From assembly GCA_021648085.1 (NCBI GenBank), contig JAKITS010000001.1, positions 541,671 to 605,670 on the forward strand: 64,000 nucleotides of DNA, read 5' to 3'. The notes beneath the pieces were generated by a model. It made no database searches. It was not told where the DNA came from and saw only the letters and a program-made list of their open reading frames with translations. Both the position numbers and the translations under genes were made by a program. The DNA comes from Candidatus Magasanikiibacteriota bacterium (GTDB lineage: Bacteria; Patescibacteriota; Patescibacteriia; Magasanikbacterales; UBA922). Below are positions 9,447 to 20,288 of the stretch, in pieces; the first letter of the stretch is position 1, and each line of letters starts with the position of its first letter.

Positions 9447-12400
9447 TTATTTACTAATCTGAATCCTATTCTCACCGACCAATTCTTTTAGTTTATTTTT
9501 TGTATCATCGTCCACTGTAATATATAAAAACTTAATTGTTTGGGTTCCAATTTGAACATAAACTGTATATTCACCACCTTTTTTTCTAAACAGTTTTTTT
9601 AGCTCTGCGCCCTTTTCTTTTGCTTCGTCCATTGTTAGAAAAACCTTTATCCATTTTTGCTTTTTTTCTTGAATATCAAAACCACTAGATTTTATTCCAT
9701 ATGCAATTTCTTTGTAAGCATTGCGAAAATTTTCTTTGTTTATTAAAATCATAGATTCTACAAACAACTTATTGTCCCCAGATTCGCGTGGAGTTTTTCC
9801 TTTTATCAAAACCACTGCATTTTCCACCCACAAGTCTCTTGTTTTTTCATAAGTTTTTGGGAAAACCAAAAGCTCAATAGAACCACTTGGATCTTGAACA
9901 CTTGCAAAAAGCATCTGACTTCCTTTTTTTGTAATCAACTTTTTGAAACCACCAATCACTCCACCAATCAAAATCGTCTTATCTCTATCCGCTTCTTCTA
10001 TAGAACTTACCGATTCCAATCCTCCTCCTAATTCTTTTTGAAAATATTTAAAAGGATGAGAAGAAATATAAACCCCAAGCAGACTTTTTTCCCAATCCAA
10101 CAACTGCTCTTCTGTCACAGGCTCGGCTGATTTCATTGGAACTTTTGTACCGATATCAATTTTTGTATTCAAAAACAAAGAATCCTGATTTCGCACTTCT
10201 TTTTCTCTATGTTCACGAGTAAAAAACAACATGCTTTCCATATTTACAAGAAGAACTCCTCTATCATATCCAAAACAATCCATAGCTCCAGAACGACTTA
10301 GCGCGTCCAAAGATTTTTTATTTAAATCCTTATCTGTAATTCTTTCCAAAAATTCTTCCAAAGTTTTATACGGTCCATTGTCTTTTTTTTCTCTATAAAC
10401 AACTTCAGAAATATGCTGACCCAAACCTTTGATAGCATTCAAACCAAAACGAATTCTACCAGGTTCACCGTGTTTTGAAACCATCGCAAAGTTTCTAAAA
10501 CTTTCATTTATATCTGGTGGTAAAACCTTTATTCCCATTCTTTCACATTCATATACAATTGCTGCAACTTTTTCTGCATCACCAAATTCAGCCTGCAAAA
10601 TAGCCGTCATAAATTGAACAGGATAATGCGATTTCATATAAGCTGTCTGGTATGCAACCATTCCATAACTCGCTGCGTGCGCTTTATTAAATCCATACGC
10701 CGCAAAAGGTTTAATACGATTCCACAAATCCTCTACAACATCTTCTGAAATGTTATTTTTAATACAACCTGCCTTAAACTGATTTCCCTGTTCAACCATA
10801 AGCTCTGGGATTTTCTTTCCCATTGCTTTTCGAAATTTATCAGCTTCCAACCAATCATAACCAGCCAATTTTATAGCCGTAAGCATCACATCATCCTGAT
10901 AAATAAGAAGTCCTAAAGATTTTTCCAAAATCTCCTCCAAATCTGGATGTGGATAATCTATTGTTTCTGGATTGTGTTTTCTCTTGATATATTCTGGAAT
11001 AAATTCCATAGGACCAGGACGATAAAGTGCTACCATCGCCATAATATCGTCTATATTCGTAGGTTTCAATTCTTTGAGCCAGCGAGTCATACCAGAACCA
11101 GAAAGTTGGAAAACTCCCATTGTTTCTCCACGCGCAAGCATTTTAAAAACATTTACATCTTCCAGTGGTAAATTATAAATATCTACTTTATCACCAACTG
11201 TTTTTTCTACAATTTTCACAGCATTTCCCAAAATAGAAAGATTACGAATTCCCAGAAAATCATTTTTCAAAACTCCAGCAGATTCCACAGATTTCATCTC
11301 ATATTGTGTAATAATCCTATCCCCACCAGTCTCACGCTGAACTGGTGAAAAGTCAGTAAGTGGAGTTGGTGAGATTACAACTCCAGCTGCATGAATAGAG
11401 GTATGACGCGCGCAACCTTCTACTTGTTGTGCCAAATTCAAAAGTCTTTCCACATCATCATTTGTATCATACAAACTTTTCAACTCTGGCTCCTCGTCCA
11501 AAGCTCTCTGAATTGTCATTGGAAACCCTTGGGCGCCCGTTGGAATTAGTTTTGCAACTTGATCACAAAAAGAATAAGAAAGCCCAAGCGCACGACCAAC
11601 ATCTCGCACACTAGCGCGAGCTGCCATTGTTCCAAAAGTTATAATCTGTGCAACTTTATCCTTACCATATTTTTCTGTCACATATTCAATCATCTCTCCA
11701 CGCCTATCATCGGCAAAGTCCGTATCAACATCGGGAGCACTAGGACGAAATGGATTTAAAAAACGCTCAAATGGAATTTTGAACCGAATTGGATCTACAG
11801 TTGTAATCCCCAAAATATAAGAGACAAGTGAACCAGCAGCAGATCCACGAGTAGTCTCTACAATTCCATTTCTTTTTGCGTAATTTACATAATCTGCAAC
11901 ACAAATAAAATAAGGTGCATAACCTTTTGTTTTTATGATATCCAATTCATACTCAATCCTCTCTTTTAAAAAATCTGTAAGCTCGTCATAAAAACCAGGA
12001 AAACCTTTGTAGGCCATATCTTTCAAATGTTCATTTGCTGTTTTTCCTTTTGGTAGATCTACTGGCGCAAAATGCCACTTATCTAGTTCAATTTCCAAGT
12101 TTACTCTATCTGCAATTTTTACAGTATTTTCAATTGCTTCTGGCACATGTCGGAAGCGTGAAATTATATCTTCCGCAGAATTATAAGATCTGTCCACATG
12201 TCTATAGTCTGTACGGTTTGGCAAATCTACTCGCCAACCATTTCCAATACAAAGTAAAATATCTTGTGCATCTTTTTCATCTGGATTCATATAGTGCACA
12301 TCACGCGTTACCACCATTGGAATTCCGGTTTTTTTGGAAAGCTCAATAAGTTGTGTGTTTACTTTTACCTGACCTTCTATTGCCGGATGATCTTGTAATT

Positions 12401-12914
12401 CTAAATAAAAATTATCTTGCCCAAAAATTTCATTATACTCCAAAGCAGATTTTTCTGCTTGTTCTGTTTTTCCTCTTTTTAAAAATTGCGGAACTTCACC
12501 CTCAATTGGTCCTGACAGAGCTATAATCCCCTTACTATATTTTCTTAATAATTCTTTATCTATCCTTGGTTTATCATTTTTGAAACCATCCAAATGACCT
12601 TTAGACGAAAGCACCATCAAATTTCTATAACCCTCATAATTTTCTGCGAGCAATATCATTTGGTACGGAGCATTTTCATCCTCCTCGTCCATTTTTGTCT
12701 CTGCAATATATGCTTCAAACCCAATAATTGGCTTTATACCTTCTTTTTTACAAGTTTTATAAAATTCTATGGCACCATAAAGAGAGCCATAATCTGTAAG
12801 TGAAATAGTCTTAAAACCACGCTCTTTGGCGATTTTTACAAGTTCTTTTACTTTTGGCAACCCATTCAAAAGTGAATAATGAGTATGAGTATGAAGGTGT
12901 ACAAAATCTGACAT
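9447..12914 (-). CDS. dnaE: DNA polymerase III alpha subunit
   Basis: 1155 aa; N-terminal PHP domain (HLHTHTHYSLLNG), polymerase core, OB fold. Confidence 0.95.
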   Translation of the reverse strand: MSDFVHLHTHTHYSLLNGLPKVKELVKIAKERGFKTISLTDYGSLYGAIEFYKTCKKEGIKPIIGFEAYIAETKMDEEDENAPYQMILLAENYEGYRNLMVLSSKGHLDGFKNDKPRIDKELLRKYSKGIIALSGPIEGEVPQFLKRGKTEQAEKSALEYNEIFGQDNFYLELQDHPAIEGQVKVNTQLIELSKKTGIPMVVTRDVHYMNPDEKDAQDILLCIGNGWRVDLPNRTDYRHVDRSYNSAEDIISRFRHVPEAIENTVKIADRVNLEIELDKWHFAPVDLPKGKTANEHLKDMAYKGFPGFYDELTDFLKERIEYELDIIKTKGYAPYFICVADYVNYAKRNGIVETTRGSAAGSLVSYILGITTVDPIRFKIPFERFLNPFRPSAPDVDTDFADDRRGEMIEYVTEKYGKDKVAQIITFGTMAARASVRDVGRALGLSYSFCDQVAKLIPTGAQGFPMTIQRALDEEPELKSLYDTNDDVERLLNLAQQVEGCARHTSIHAAGVVISPTPLTDFSPVQRETGGDRIITQYEMKSVESAGVLKNDFLGIRNLSILGNAVKIVEKTVGDKVDIYNLPLEDVNVFKMLARGETMGVFQLSGSGMTRWLKELKPTNIDDIMAMVALYRPGPMEFIPEYIKRKHNPETIDYPHPDLEEILEKSLGLLIYQDDVMLTAIKLAGYDWLEADKFRKAMGKKIPELMVEQGNQFKAGCIKNNISEDVVEDLWNRIKPFAAYGFNKAHAASYGMVAYQTAYMKSHYPVQFMTAILQAEFGDAEKVAAIVYECERMGIKVLPPDINESFRNFAMVSKHGEPGRIRFGLNAIKGLGQHISEVVYREKKDNGPYKTLEEFLERITDKDLNKKSLDALSRSGAMDCFGYDRGVLLVNMESMLFFTREHREKEVRNQDSLFLNTKIDIGTKVPMKSAEPVTEEQLLDWEKSLLGVYISSHPFKYFQKELGGGLESVSSIEEADRDKTILIGGVIGGFKKLITKKGSQMLFASVQDPSGSIELLVFPKTYEKTRDLWVENAVVLIKGKTPRESGDNKLFVESMILINKENFRNAYKEIAYGIKSSGFDIQEKKQKWIKVFLTMDEAKEKGAELKKLFRKKGGEYTVYVQIGTQTIKFLYITVDDDTKNKLKELVGENRIQISK

Positions 12915-13042
12915 TTGAGAATTCTTTATAATATCTTGTATTTTAATCTTTTATTATTTAAATATCAAGGGTCAATAAAAAACATAAAAAGAACTAATAT
13001 TTTATTATAATTATTTAAATTTTGGTTATATTACATTGGGAT

Positions 13043-13140
13043 ATTTCGACTTCGCTTTGCTCCGCTCAATATGACGTAAAATACTCACGTCATCCTGAGC
13101 GAAATGGAGTAAAGTGGAATGCAGTCGAATGGATCTCAAG
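13043..13140. repeat. Inverted pair of REP-like units (family core CGTCATCCTGAGCGAAG)
   Basis: Left arm ...CGACTTCGCTTTGCTCCGCTCAATATGACGT; right arm ACGTCATCCTGAGCGAAATGGAGTAAAGTGGAATGCAGTCGAATGGATCTC; spacer AAAATACTC. Confidence 0.6.
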
Positions 13141-13253
13141 AAAGTATCATAAAATTATAAATAATAATTAAATTTTTATTCAAATAAACCTTAAACTATT
13201 TTGAATTAAAAAAACACCTTAATTAAAAGGTATTTTTTATTTAAAATTATTTT

Positions 13254-13580
13254 CTACTTTTTCTTTTTTGCTCTACCTTTTTTTGATTTTACAACTTTGC
13301 TAAATTTTTCTGTTATTTTTCCTATTACAAACTTTTCTACAAGTTTTGTTAAAGTTCCACTCACAACCCCCATATTTTTAGATAATCCATCTACCCTATC
13401 TTTTATCATATTTATTGCATCTGTCATCAATTCCACTTTTTCTGTGATACTCTCTATTATTCTATTTGCATTTTTCAAAACTCTAGCAGCTTGGTAAAGC
13501 AACCAGCACAAAAATACTGTAAACCACAAAATACTAAGCGACAAAACAATATATAAAAAATCTTGACTAGATTCAAACAT
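13254..13580 (-). CDS. Small membrane protein (N-terminal TM helix, coiled-coil, basic C-terminal tail)
   Basis: 108 aa. Followed on the minus strand by a hairpin plus T tract at about 13205-13240. Confidence 0.5.
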   Translation of the reverse strand: MFESSQDFLYIVLSLSILWFTVFLCWLLYQAARVLKNANRIIESITEKVELMTDAINMIKDRVDGLSKNMGVVSGTLTKLVEKFVIGKITEKFSKVVKSKKGRAKKKK

Positions 13581-13642
13581 ATTTTTAAAAATTAAGAATT
13601 AAGAATTAAACCTATTATAACACAAATATAAATTAAATATTA

Positions 13643-13672
13643 AAAAAACCAGTATTTCTACTGGTTTTTTTG
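13643..13672. terminator. Terminator hairpin AAAAAAACCAGTATTTCTACTGGTTTTTTT (family copy, opposite orientation)
   Basis: Same palindrome as at 9397, between ORF 13254-13580 and pheT. Confidence 0.6.
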
Positions 13673-13685
13673 TTTTTATATTTTA

Positions 13686-16148
13686 CTAACTTCTCACATC
13701 AGCATCAAAATCTTTTTTTAGAACTTTTACTAATTCTTTGTGAATACTATTTATATCTTCTCTTTTTAATGTTTTTGTATTTGATTGATACACAATGTGA
13801 TATGCCATACTCTTTTTTGTCTTTCCTATTTTATCCCCCTCAAAAACATCAAAAAGTTCAACTGAAGTTATTAAATCATCTACATTTTTCATCTTTTCTA
13901 CCAAATCTTTGTATAAAACACTTTTTTCTACCACCAAAGCAATATCTCGTTCTATTGCCGGATAATCTGAAACAGAGCTGGAAACTTCTTTTTCGCGCAA
14001 AAATGGTAACAGCTTTACCAAATTCAATTCACAAATAGCCACCCTATTTGGAATTCCAAATTTTTGCTGTACAGCTGGGTGAACCTCGCCAATTATTCCA
14101 ACTACATCCCCAAATACTACAACTTTTGCAGATCTGGTTGGGTGTATAAATTCAAACCCTTCTTTTATACCTTCTTGCAATTCATACTCAACCCCCAATT
14201 CTTGCAAACAACTATTTAGAACACTGGAAACATTGTAAAAAGGAGTATCTAAATCTTTTTCAGATAGAGCAAAGCTCAAAAGTAAATCTTGCCTTGGTAA
14301 AAGCGCTCCACTGTTTGGTTGAACTCGCGCGCCAGACTCTTCCAAAATATAAGTTTTCCCAAATTCATACAACGCCAAACTTTTTTCATTGTGAGAGTTT
14401 TTCTCAACATTTTCTAGCAAGTTTGTAAGTAAACTTCTTCGCAAAAACGGTTTATCTTTTGCAAGTGGGTTATCCAATTCTATATGTTTATCTGTTTTCA
14501 ATCCCAACTTTTTCAATGAATTTGGAGCAACAAAAGAATAATTATAAACTTCTGTAAAACCATTTTCCAAAGTCATTTTATCTTGTAAAATTCTTTTTAT
14601 TTTAAATAAACTACTTTGAACAGGTGGAACAATATTAAACATTGGCAATTTTCCTTCTACCGCACCATAACCATAAATTCTCATCACTTCTTCTGCCAAA
14701 TCTTCTTTTATTGAAACATCTTTTGTAGCGCGCCAAGTAGGAATTGTAACGGAAAAATTATTACGCTTTTCTTTTACTTCAAAACCCAAACTATCTAAAA
14801 TTTCCACAACAGACTTCTCCTCAATTTCAAAACCAGCATATTTACTTATAAAATCTTTTTTAAATTCAATTGGACCAACATTTAATTTGAACTTTGAAAT
14901 GTCTGTGACCGAACTTACAACTTTTGATTTTGGACATATTTCTAATATAAGCTGAACAGCTCTGCGCAAGGCAATTTCTGCCAAATTTGGATCCACACTC
15001 TTTTCAAATCTAGAAGATGATTCTGTTCTTACATTTAATTTTGTGCTAGTTTTACGAATTGCACTAGCATTAAAATTTGCAGATTCTAAAACTATATTTT
15101 TTGTATTTTCACTAACAGCACTACTCTGTCCTCCTATCACACCAGCCAAAGCCAAAATATTTTTCTTGTTTGTTATCAATAAATCCCCACTATTTACCTC
15201 TCTTTCTTCTCCATCCAAAAACACAGCTTTTTCACCACCTTTAGCCTGCTTTACATAAATTTCTATTTCACCTTCTTTATTTTTCAGTTTATCTGCATCG
15301 AAAGCGTGCATTGGCTGACCAATATCAAACATTACATAATTTGTAACATCTACCAAAACATTTTTTGGTATCACACCAATTGCGACTAATCTCTTCTTTA
15401 GCCAATCTGGAGATTCAATAGTGGAAACACCGCTTACTGCCACAGCCATATAGCGTGGACACAAATTTATATCCTTTACTTTTATTTTCAAATTCAACTC
15501 ATTTTCTTTTATTTTTGGAATTTCTGGCGGATTATAATCGCTAAGTTGTTTTTTGTACAAAACTGCAACTTCCCGTGCCATTCCATAATGCCCCCACAAA
15601 TCTGGCCTATTTGAAAGTGATTTGTTATCAATGTCCAAAATCACATCTCCAACTTTTAGAGCTTCTGAAATTGGAGTTCCAATTGCAACATTTAGAGAAG
15701 TTACATCCATTATTTCTTTTTCATTTTTGGCAGGAAATAATTCTCCCAAACCAATTTCGTCTGCTGCACAAATCATTCCACTTGAGTCTACTCCACGCAA
15801 TTTTACATCTTTTATCTCTACCAACTCACCTTCACCGTGCCAACGCACTTTTGAGCCAGACTTTGCAACAACAACCTTCAATCCTTTTTTTACATTTGAA
15901 CCTCCACATACAATTTGCAAAACTTCTTCTCCACCAACATTTACCATACAAACTTTCAACTTGTCTGCGTCTGAATGTTTACTACATTTTGTAATTTCAC
16001 CAACCACAATATTATCAAGAATAAATTTTTTATCCTCAACACCTTCAACCTCAACAGTACTCAAAGTCAATTTACTAGCCAAATCTTCTGCACTCACAGA
16101 TTCTAGCAAAAAAACATAATCTTGAAGCCACTCCTTACTTATAAACAT
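13686..16148 (-). CDS. pheT: Phenylalanine--tRNA ligase beta subunit
   Basis: 820 aa; tRNA-binding, B3/B4, B5 and class-II-like domains; directly downstream of pheS. Confidence 0.95.
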   Translation of the reverse strand: MFISKEWLQDYVFLLESVSAEDLASKLTLSTVEVEGVEDKKFILDNIVVGEITKCSKHSDADKLKVCMVNVGGEEVLQIVCGGSNVKKGLKVVVAKSGSKVRWHGEGELVEIKDVKLRGVDSSGMICAADEIGLGELFPAKNEKEIMDVTSLNVAIGTPISEALKVGDVILDIDNKSLSNRPDLWGHYGMAREVAVLYKKQLSDYNPPEIPKIKENELNLKIKVKDINLCPRYMAVAVSGVSTIESPDWLKKRLVAIGVIPKNVLVDVTNYVMFDIGQPMHAFDADKLKNKEGEIEIYVKQAKGGEKAVFLDGEEREVNSGDLLITNKKNILALAGVIGGQSSAVSENTKNIVLESANFNASAIRKTSTKLNVRTESSSRFEKSVDPNLAEIALRRAVQLILEICPKSKVVSSVTDISKFKLNVGPIEFKKDFISKYAGFEIEEKSVVEILDSLGFEVKEKRNNFSVTIPTWRATKDVSIKEDLAEEVMRIYGYGAVEGKLPMFNIVPPVQSSLFKIKRILQDKMTLENGFTEVYNYSFVAPNSLKKLGLKTDKHIELDNPLAKDKPFLRRSLLTNLLENVEKNSHNEKSLALYEFGKTYILEESGARVQPNSGALLPRQDLLLSFALSEKDLDTPFYNVSSVLNSCLQELGVEYELQEGIKEGFEFIHPTRSAKVVVFGDVVGIIGEVHPAVQQKFGIPNRVAICELNLVKLLPFLREKEVSSSVSDYPAIERDIALVVEKSVLYKDLVEKMKNVDDLITSVELFDVFEGDKIGKTKKSMAYHIVYQSNTKTLKREDINSIHKELVKVLKKDFDADVRS

Positions 16149-16149
16149 A

Positions 16150-17181
16150 TTAAAATTGCTTTAAAAATTTCAAATTTCCAGAAGAAAACGCACGGACATC
16201 TTCTATCATATATTTGAGCATTACAAGTCTATAAAGTCCAAAACCAAATGCAAAACCACTGTAAACTTCTGGGTCTATTCCGCCAGCTTTGAGTACATTT
16301 GGATGAACCATTCCAGCCCCAAAAACCTCTAGCCAGCCAGTTTTTTTACAAACCCTACAACCCTCTCCTTTACACAAAAAACAACTCACCTCCCCATTTA
16401 CACCCGGCTCCACAAAAGGATAAAATTTTGGACGAAGCCTAACCTGAGTTTCATCTCCATACAAATGTTTTGCAACAACCTCCAAAGTTCCTTTTAAATT
16501 GCTAAAATTTATGTCTTTACCTACAACCAAACCTTCTAGCTGATAAAAACTGTGTTCGTGTCTTGCGTCTGTTGCCTCGTTTCTAAAACAAATCCCAGGA
16601 GCAATCATACGAAGTGGTGCTCCATATTTTTGCATTGCGCGAACCTGCACAGAAGAAGTTTGTGTTCGCATTACCCAATTTAAATTGTCTTTTATATAAA
16701 AAGTATCCTGCATATCTCTCGCTGGGTGATCTGCTGGAACATTCAATGCTTCAAAATTATAATATTCACTTTCCAATTCTGGACCATCCAAAACCATAAA
16801 ACCCATAGAGATAAAAAGATCTTCCAAACTTTTCTGAACTATAGTATTTGGATTCAAATGACCTTTTCTCTTTTTTCCTAAAAATGGTTGCGTCACATCT
16901 ATTCTTTCTTTTTCTGCGACTTTATCCATTTGTAATTTTTGAAGTTCATCTTTTTTTTCTACAAATATTTCCATCAATTCTTTTTTTGCCAAATTTGCCA
17001 ATTGTCCAAATTCTTTTCTCTCAACCAGTTCCATATCTTTCATCTTTTTCATTAAGTTTGTAAATTCCCCAGCTTTTCTACCAAAAAAATTAATCTCAAA
17101 TTCTTTTAGAGATTCTTTGTCTTTTATAGACTTAATTTTACTTATAAATTTCTCTTTCAAACTTTCTAAAACTTTTTTCAT
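16150..17181 (-). CDS. pheS: Phenylalanine--tRNA ligase alpha subunit
   Basis: 343 aa; class II aaRS motifs (FRNEATDARHEHSFYQLEG, GAGMVHP). Confidence 0.95.
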   Translation of the reverse strand: MKKVLESLKEKFISKIKSIKDKESLKEFEINFFGRKAGEFTNLMKKMKDMELVERKEFGQLANLAKKELMEIFVEKKDELQKLQMDKVAEKERIDVTQPFLGKKRKGHLNPNTIVQKSLEDLFISMGFMVLDGPELESEYYNFEALNVPADHPARDMQDTFYIKDNLNWVMRTQTSSVQVRAMQKYGAPLRMIAPGICFRNEATDARHEHSFYQLEGLVVGKDINFSNLKGTLEVVAKHLYGDETQVRLRPKFYPFVEPGVNGEVSCFLCKGEGCRVCKKTGWLEVFGAGMVHPNVLKAGGIDPEVYSGFAFGFGLYRLVMLKYMIEDVRAFSSGNLKFLKQF

Positions 17182-17205
17182 AATAAAGTAATTTTACGAT
17201 ATTAA

Positions 17206-17236
17206 AAAGCATACCATTTCTGGTATGCTTTTTTCA
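17206..17236. terminator. Hairpin terminator AAAAAGCATACCATTTCTGGTATGCTTTTTT
   Basis: 9-bp perfect stem GCATACCA/TGGTATGC flanked by A and T runs, between ORF 17248-17835 and pheS. Confidence 0.5.
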
Positions 17237-17247
17237 AGTGCTTATTC

Positions 17248-17835
17248 CTATTTTATTACAATACTATCTGCAATTTCCCTAAGCTCATCTCGAGTAGTAG
17301 TATCTCCATCGCTATAAAAAAAACGAACAACATAAGAATCATTTTCGTTGTATCCAATGTGCAACCTATCTTTTGCCAACAACGAATCAGCTTCTTTTTG
17401 TGTAGTTTTTGGACCAAAACCCATTGGATTTTCTTTATAATCTTTAGATTTATAGATTTCTATTTTTGCAACCTTATTACCAGTTCCTGTTATGACAATT
17501 GGTTTCAACACACCACTTGATTTTTTGACAGTATAACCTTCAAAATATTTCAAGTTTAAAGAAAGTGGCAGTGTATCAGTAAAATTTAACAACTTTTTAG
17601 CTATCATAATAGGTTCTATTGGTTTCATACCTCCATTTTCTTCTTCCATCATTTCTGGAATTTTATCATTCATTATTTCATACATTCCTATCATATCACT
17701 CTCCATCTCAGCTCTTTGAGAATTCATAAAGATAGAGAAAGCAAGAAAAAATCCTAGTAATACAACTATTATTATAGATAAAATAAGTATTGGTAGCTCT
17801 AGTCCACCAGACTTTTGTTCAAATTCTTCATTCAT
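17248..17835 (-). CDS. Hypothetical membrane-anchored protein
   Basis: 195 aa; one N-terminal TM helix. Same strand as rseP upstream. Confidence 0.5.
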   Translation of the reverse strand: MNEEFEQKSGGLELPILILSIIIVVLLGFFLAFSIFMNSQRAEMESDMIGMYEIMNDKIPEMMEEENGGMKPIEPIMIAKKLLNFTDTLPLSLNLKYFEGYTVKKSSGVLKPIVITGTGNKVAKIEIYKSKDYKENPMGFGPKTTQKEADSLLAKDRLHIGYNENDSYVVRFFYSDGDTTTRDELREIADSIVIK

Positions 17836-17873
17836 ATTTTTATATTATTTTTATATATAAATTATACCATAAA

Positions 17874-19040
17874 TTAGAAAAAATTTAAAATATCCCTTCC
17901 TGTCACCACAATTATCAAAACCATCAAAAGTGCAAAACCAATTGTGTGTGCGATTTGTTCATATTTCACTGGAACCGGCTTGCGAATTATTTTCTCTATT
18001 CCCAAAAATAATATTCTACCACCATCCAAAGCTGGAATTGGTAAAATATTTATTGCCGCCAAACTAAGCGAAATCATTGCAGTCGCATTTATTAAATAAC
18101 TAATTCCAAGTCTGGCACTTTGACCCAAAACAACCGCAATTCCCACAGGTCCAGAAACTTCAAAAGCCAATCCTTTACCAACAACCAAATTTCCTATTAA
18201 AATACCAAACGCTACAAATATATTTACCAAAGCAATTCCACTAGCTACAAACCCTTTGTAAATTGCAATGTACCATGGGTAACGAACTATTGCAGCATCT
18301 GCCATCATTATTCCAATTTGTTTTTTTCCGTCGTCTTTTAACTCTGGCACTACCTCAAGCGAAACTTCTTGTCCAGATCTATCAACTTTCATATCAATTA
18401 CACCCTCTTCATAAGTTTGTATAGCATCAATCAACTCATTTGAAGAATTGATTTCTATTCCATACAAAGATACAATTTTGTCACCAAACATTAAACCTGC
18501 TTTATCTGCTGGAGAATTTTTTTCTACCATTTGAACTATTACTTGAGGTTGATCGACTATGATAATCTTGTCATCATCTAAGCCAGAAATATCTGCTGGC
18601 AAACCAACTATAAAACCTACAGAAAAAAGTACAGCCGCCAAAAGTATATTCATAACAACTCCAGCTAGTAAAACCACAAATCTTTTCCATATTTTTTGAT
18701 GACCAAAACTATCTGTATCATTTGAATTTTCACCATTTTCACCTTTTATATTGCAAAATCCACCAAGTGGCAAAAGATGTAAAGAATACAAAGTTGAAGG
18801 AAATTCCTGACGCAAATCTGGAATATCATCCACAGGTTTTTTACTTTTTTTTCCTCTTCTCCAAACCCAAACAAATTTTCCAGTTTTTGGATCTTTATAA
18901 ACTCCAAACATTCTAGGCGGATAGCCTATCGCAAATTCATAAACTTTCATCCCAGTAAGTCGAGCAGCTATAAAATGTCCAAATTCGTGAACAAAAACTA
19001 GCAATCCTAAAATCAGAATAAATACAACCAATGTGAACAT
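17874..19040 (-). CDS. rseP: Site-2 zinc metalloprotease (M50 family) with PDZ domain
   Basis: 388 aa; HEFGHF (HExxH) in first TM helix, central PDZ-like segment, C-terminal LDGG motif. Confidence 0.85.
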   Translation of the reverse strand: MFTLVVFILILGLLVFVHEFGHFIAARLTGMKVYEFAIGYPPRMFGVYKDPKTGKFVWVWRRGKKSKKPVDDIPDLRQEFPSTLYSLHLLPLGGFCNIKGENGENSNDTDSFGHQKIWKRFVVLLAGVVMNILLAAVLFSVGFIVGLPADISGLDDDKIIIVDQPQVIVQMVEKNSPADKAGLMFGDKIVSLYGIEINSSNELIDAIQTYEEGVIDMKVDRSGQEVSLEVVPELKDDGKKQIGIMMADAAIVRYPWYIAIYKGFVASGIALVNIFVAFGILIGNLVVGKGLAFEVSGPVGIAVVLGQSARLGISYLINATAMISLSLAAINILPIPALDGGRILFLGIEKIIRKPVPVKYEQIAHTIGFALLMVLIIVVTGRDILNFF

Positions 19041-19139
19041 AAAAAATTAAATTTTATAACTAAATTTATCTTACTAATTATCACATACAAAAGTTTGATT
19101 TGCAAATTGAAAATTTGTGTATTAAAAAACCCGACTATT

Positions 19140-19166
19140 TAAAGCCGGGCTATATTTTTATTAAAT
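19140..19166 (-). terminator. Hairpin (CCCGGC...GTCGGG) plus T tract downstream of ORF 19167-19571
   Basis: Minus-strand sequence AGCCCGGCTTTAAATAGTCGGGTTTTTT. Confidence 0.45.
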
Positions 19167-19571
19167 TTAAAATATATAAGTAAAACCCATCTGTAATGAA
19201 CTCATCCACTGTCGTACAGAATTCAACTCCACACAACACTCTTTTTCTGTATTCTCAACACAGATATCTTTTAATTTATCATCTAATAATCCAATAATTT
19301 CAGAACAAGTCTCAAACAATTCATAATCAATCAAAACTTCCAAAACATCACGAATTTTTTGAATTTCTCTAATAAAGACCACTCTTCCTTGGGTACCTAA
19401 TCTAATACTCATCTCTTCTGTTTGTATTTCACACTCAACATTTTCATGACCATACAAAATTTTTGAAATAGGACACTCTAGAATTTCTTTCAAAAAAGCG
19501 ATGTCTTCTTCTCTTCTGGTAACCATGTAAAACCTCCTTGGTTTTGTAGAGAACTTAGTATCACCCCACAA
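19167..19571 (-). CDS. Hypothetical small protein
   Basis: 134-aa ORF (probable true start at the internal Met, MVTRREED). No family recognised. Confidence 0.45.
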   Translation of the reverse strand: MWGDTKFSTKPRRFYMVTRREEDIAFLKEILECPISKILYGHENVECEIQTEEMSIRLGTQGRVVFIREIQKIRDVLEVLIDYELFETCSEIIGLLDDKLKDICVENTEKECCVELNSVRQWMSSLQMGFTYIF

Positions 19572-19633
19572 TTGCTTTTAGTTAAATTTTATAAATTATG
19601 GGCTAAAATGAGTTGTGGGGTTATACTAAATTG

Positions 19634-19707
<74 letters not shown>

Positions 19708-19782
19708 ATCTAAAGAAACTATTTGGCAATAGTTCCTTAAAACATTAAACCATATTTTAATGATTTTGTCAACGATTAAGAT

Positions 19783-20145
19783 GTTCTAATTGTCCGAAAT
19801 TTCTAACCTCCCGAACATTTGAAATTTCCTGCTTGCGGGACAGGCTAATTAAACTAATTTATTATTACAAATTAACAATTAACAAAAATAATCTTACATC
19901 ATCCTGAGCGATAGTCGAAGGATCTCGAGATAAAATAACTAAAACATAAATAATTATAATAAAACATTAGCTCGTCTTTCTTTTTGTTCTTTGTTAATTG
20001 TTAGTTATTAATTAAACATCCTCTTAGTGACAAAAGATAAAGTGAGAACATTTTGATGTTATCGTTAAAAAAGAATATTTTTAAATCAATGTTTAAAGGA
20101 TTCCTGCTGGCAGGTAGGTCTCGCTTTGGTTCAACATGATAGAGA
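19783..20145 (+). repeat. Structured long intergenic repeat (SLR family), copy 1, carrying a nested REP unit and a long internal hairpin
   Basis: Shares 5-prime module TTCTAACCTCCCGAACATTTGAAATTTCCTGC, central GTGAGAACATTTTGATGTTATCG and 3-prime GCAGG...CTTTGGTTC with copies at 24286, 25015, 33309, 41427. The central ACCTTTTGG/CAAAAGGT hairpin of copy 41427 is replaced by AATTAACAATTAACAAA...TTTGTTAATTGTTAGTT. Confidence 0.7.
19897..19931 (-). repeat. REP-like unit nested inside SLR copy 1
   Basis: ACATCATCCTGAGCGATAGTCGAAGGATCTCGAGAT. Confidence 0.6.
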
Positions 20146-20188
20146 AGCCAATGTTTTAATATAAATTTATATTTTGTGATTTAAATTG

Positions 20189-20282
20189 GGGTATCCATTC
20201 GACTCCACTTCGTTTCGCTCAGGATGACGTGTGGGAAAGTGATACTATCTCGAGATCCTTCGGCTTCGCTCAGGATGACGTA
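20189..20282 (+). repeat. Two tandem REP-like units (long variant with CCAC insert, then short variant)
   Basis: GGGTATCCATTCGACTCCACTTCGTTTCGCTCAGGATGACGTG ... CTCGAGATCCTTCGGCTTCGCTCAGGATGACGT, immediately downstream (minus sense) of the phosphohexomutase gene. Confidence 0.65.
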
Positions 20283-20288
20283 AAAAAA

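Noticed and set aside
20040-20145. Micro-ORF inside the SLR repeat: MLSLKKNIFKSMFKGFLLAGRSRFGST in copy 1 and MLSLKENVFKSMFKGFPPAGR in copy 41427
   Set aside because: It is truncated to 8 codons in the 33309 copy and absent from copies A and B. It has no convincing RBS. Its conservation is explained by nucleotide-level repeat conservation. Kept only as a remote possibility.
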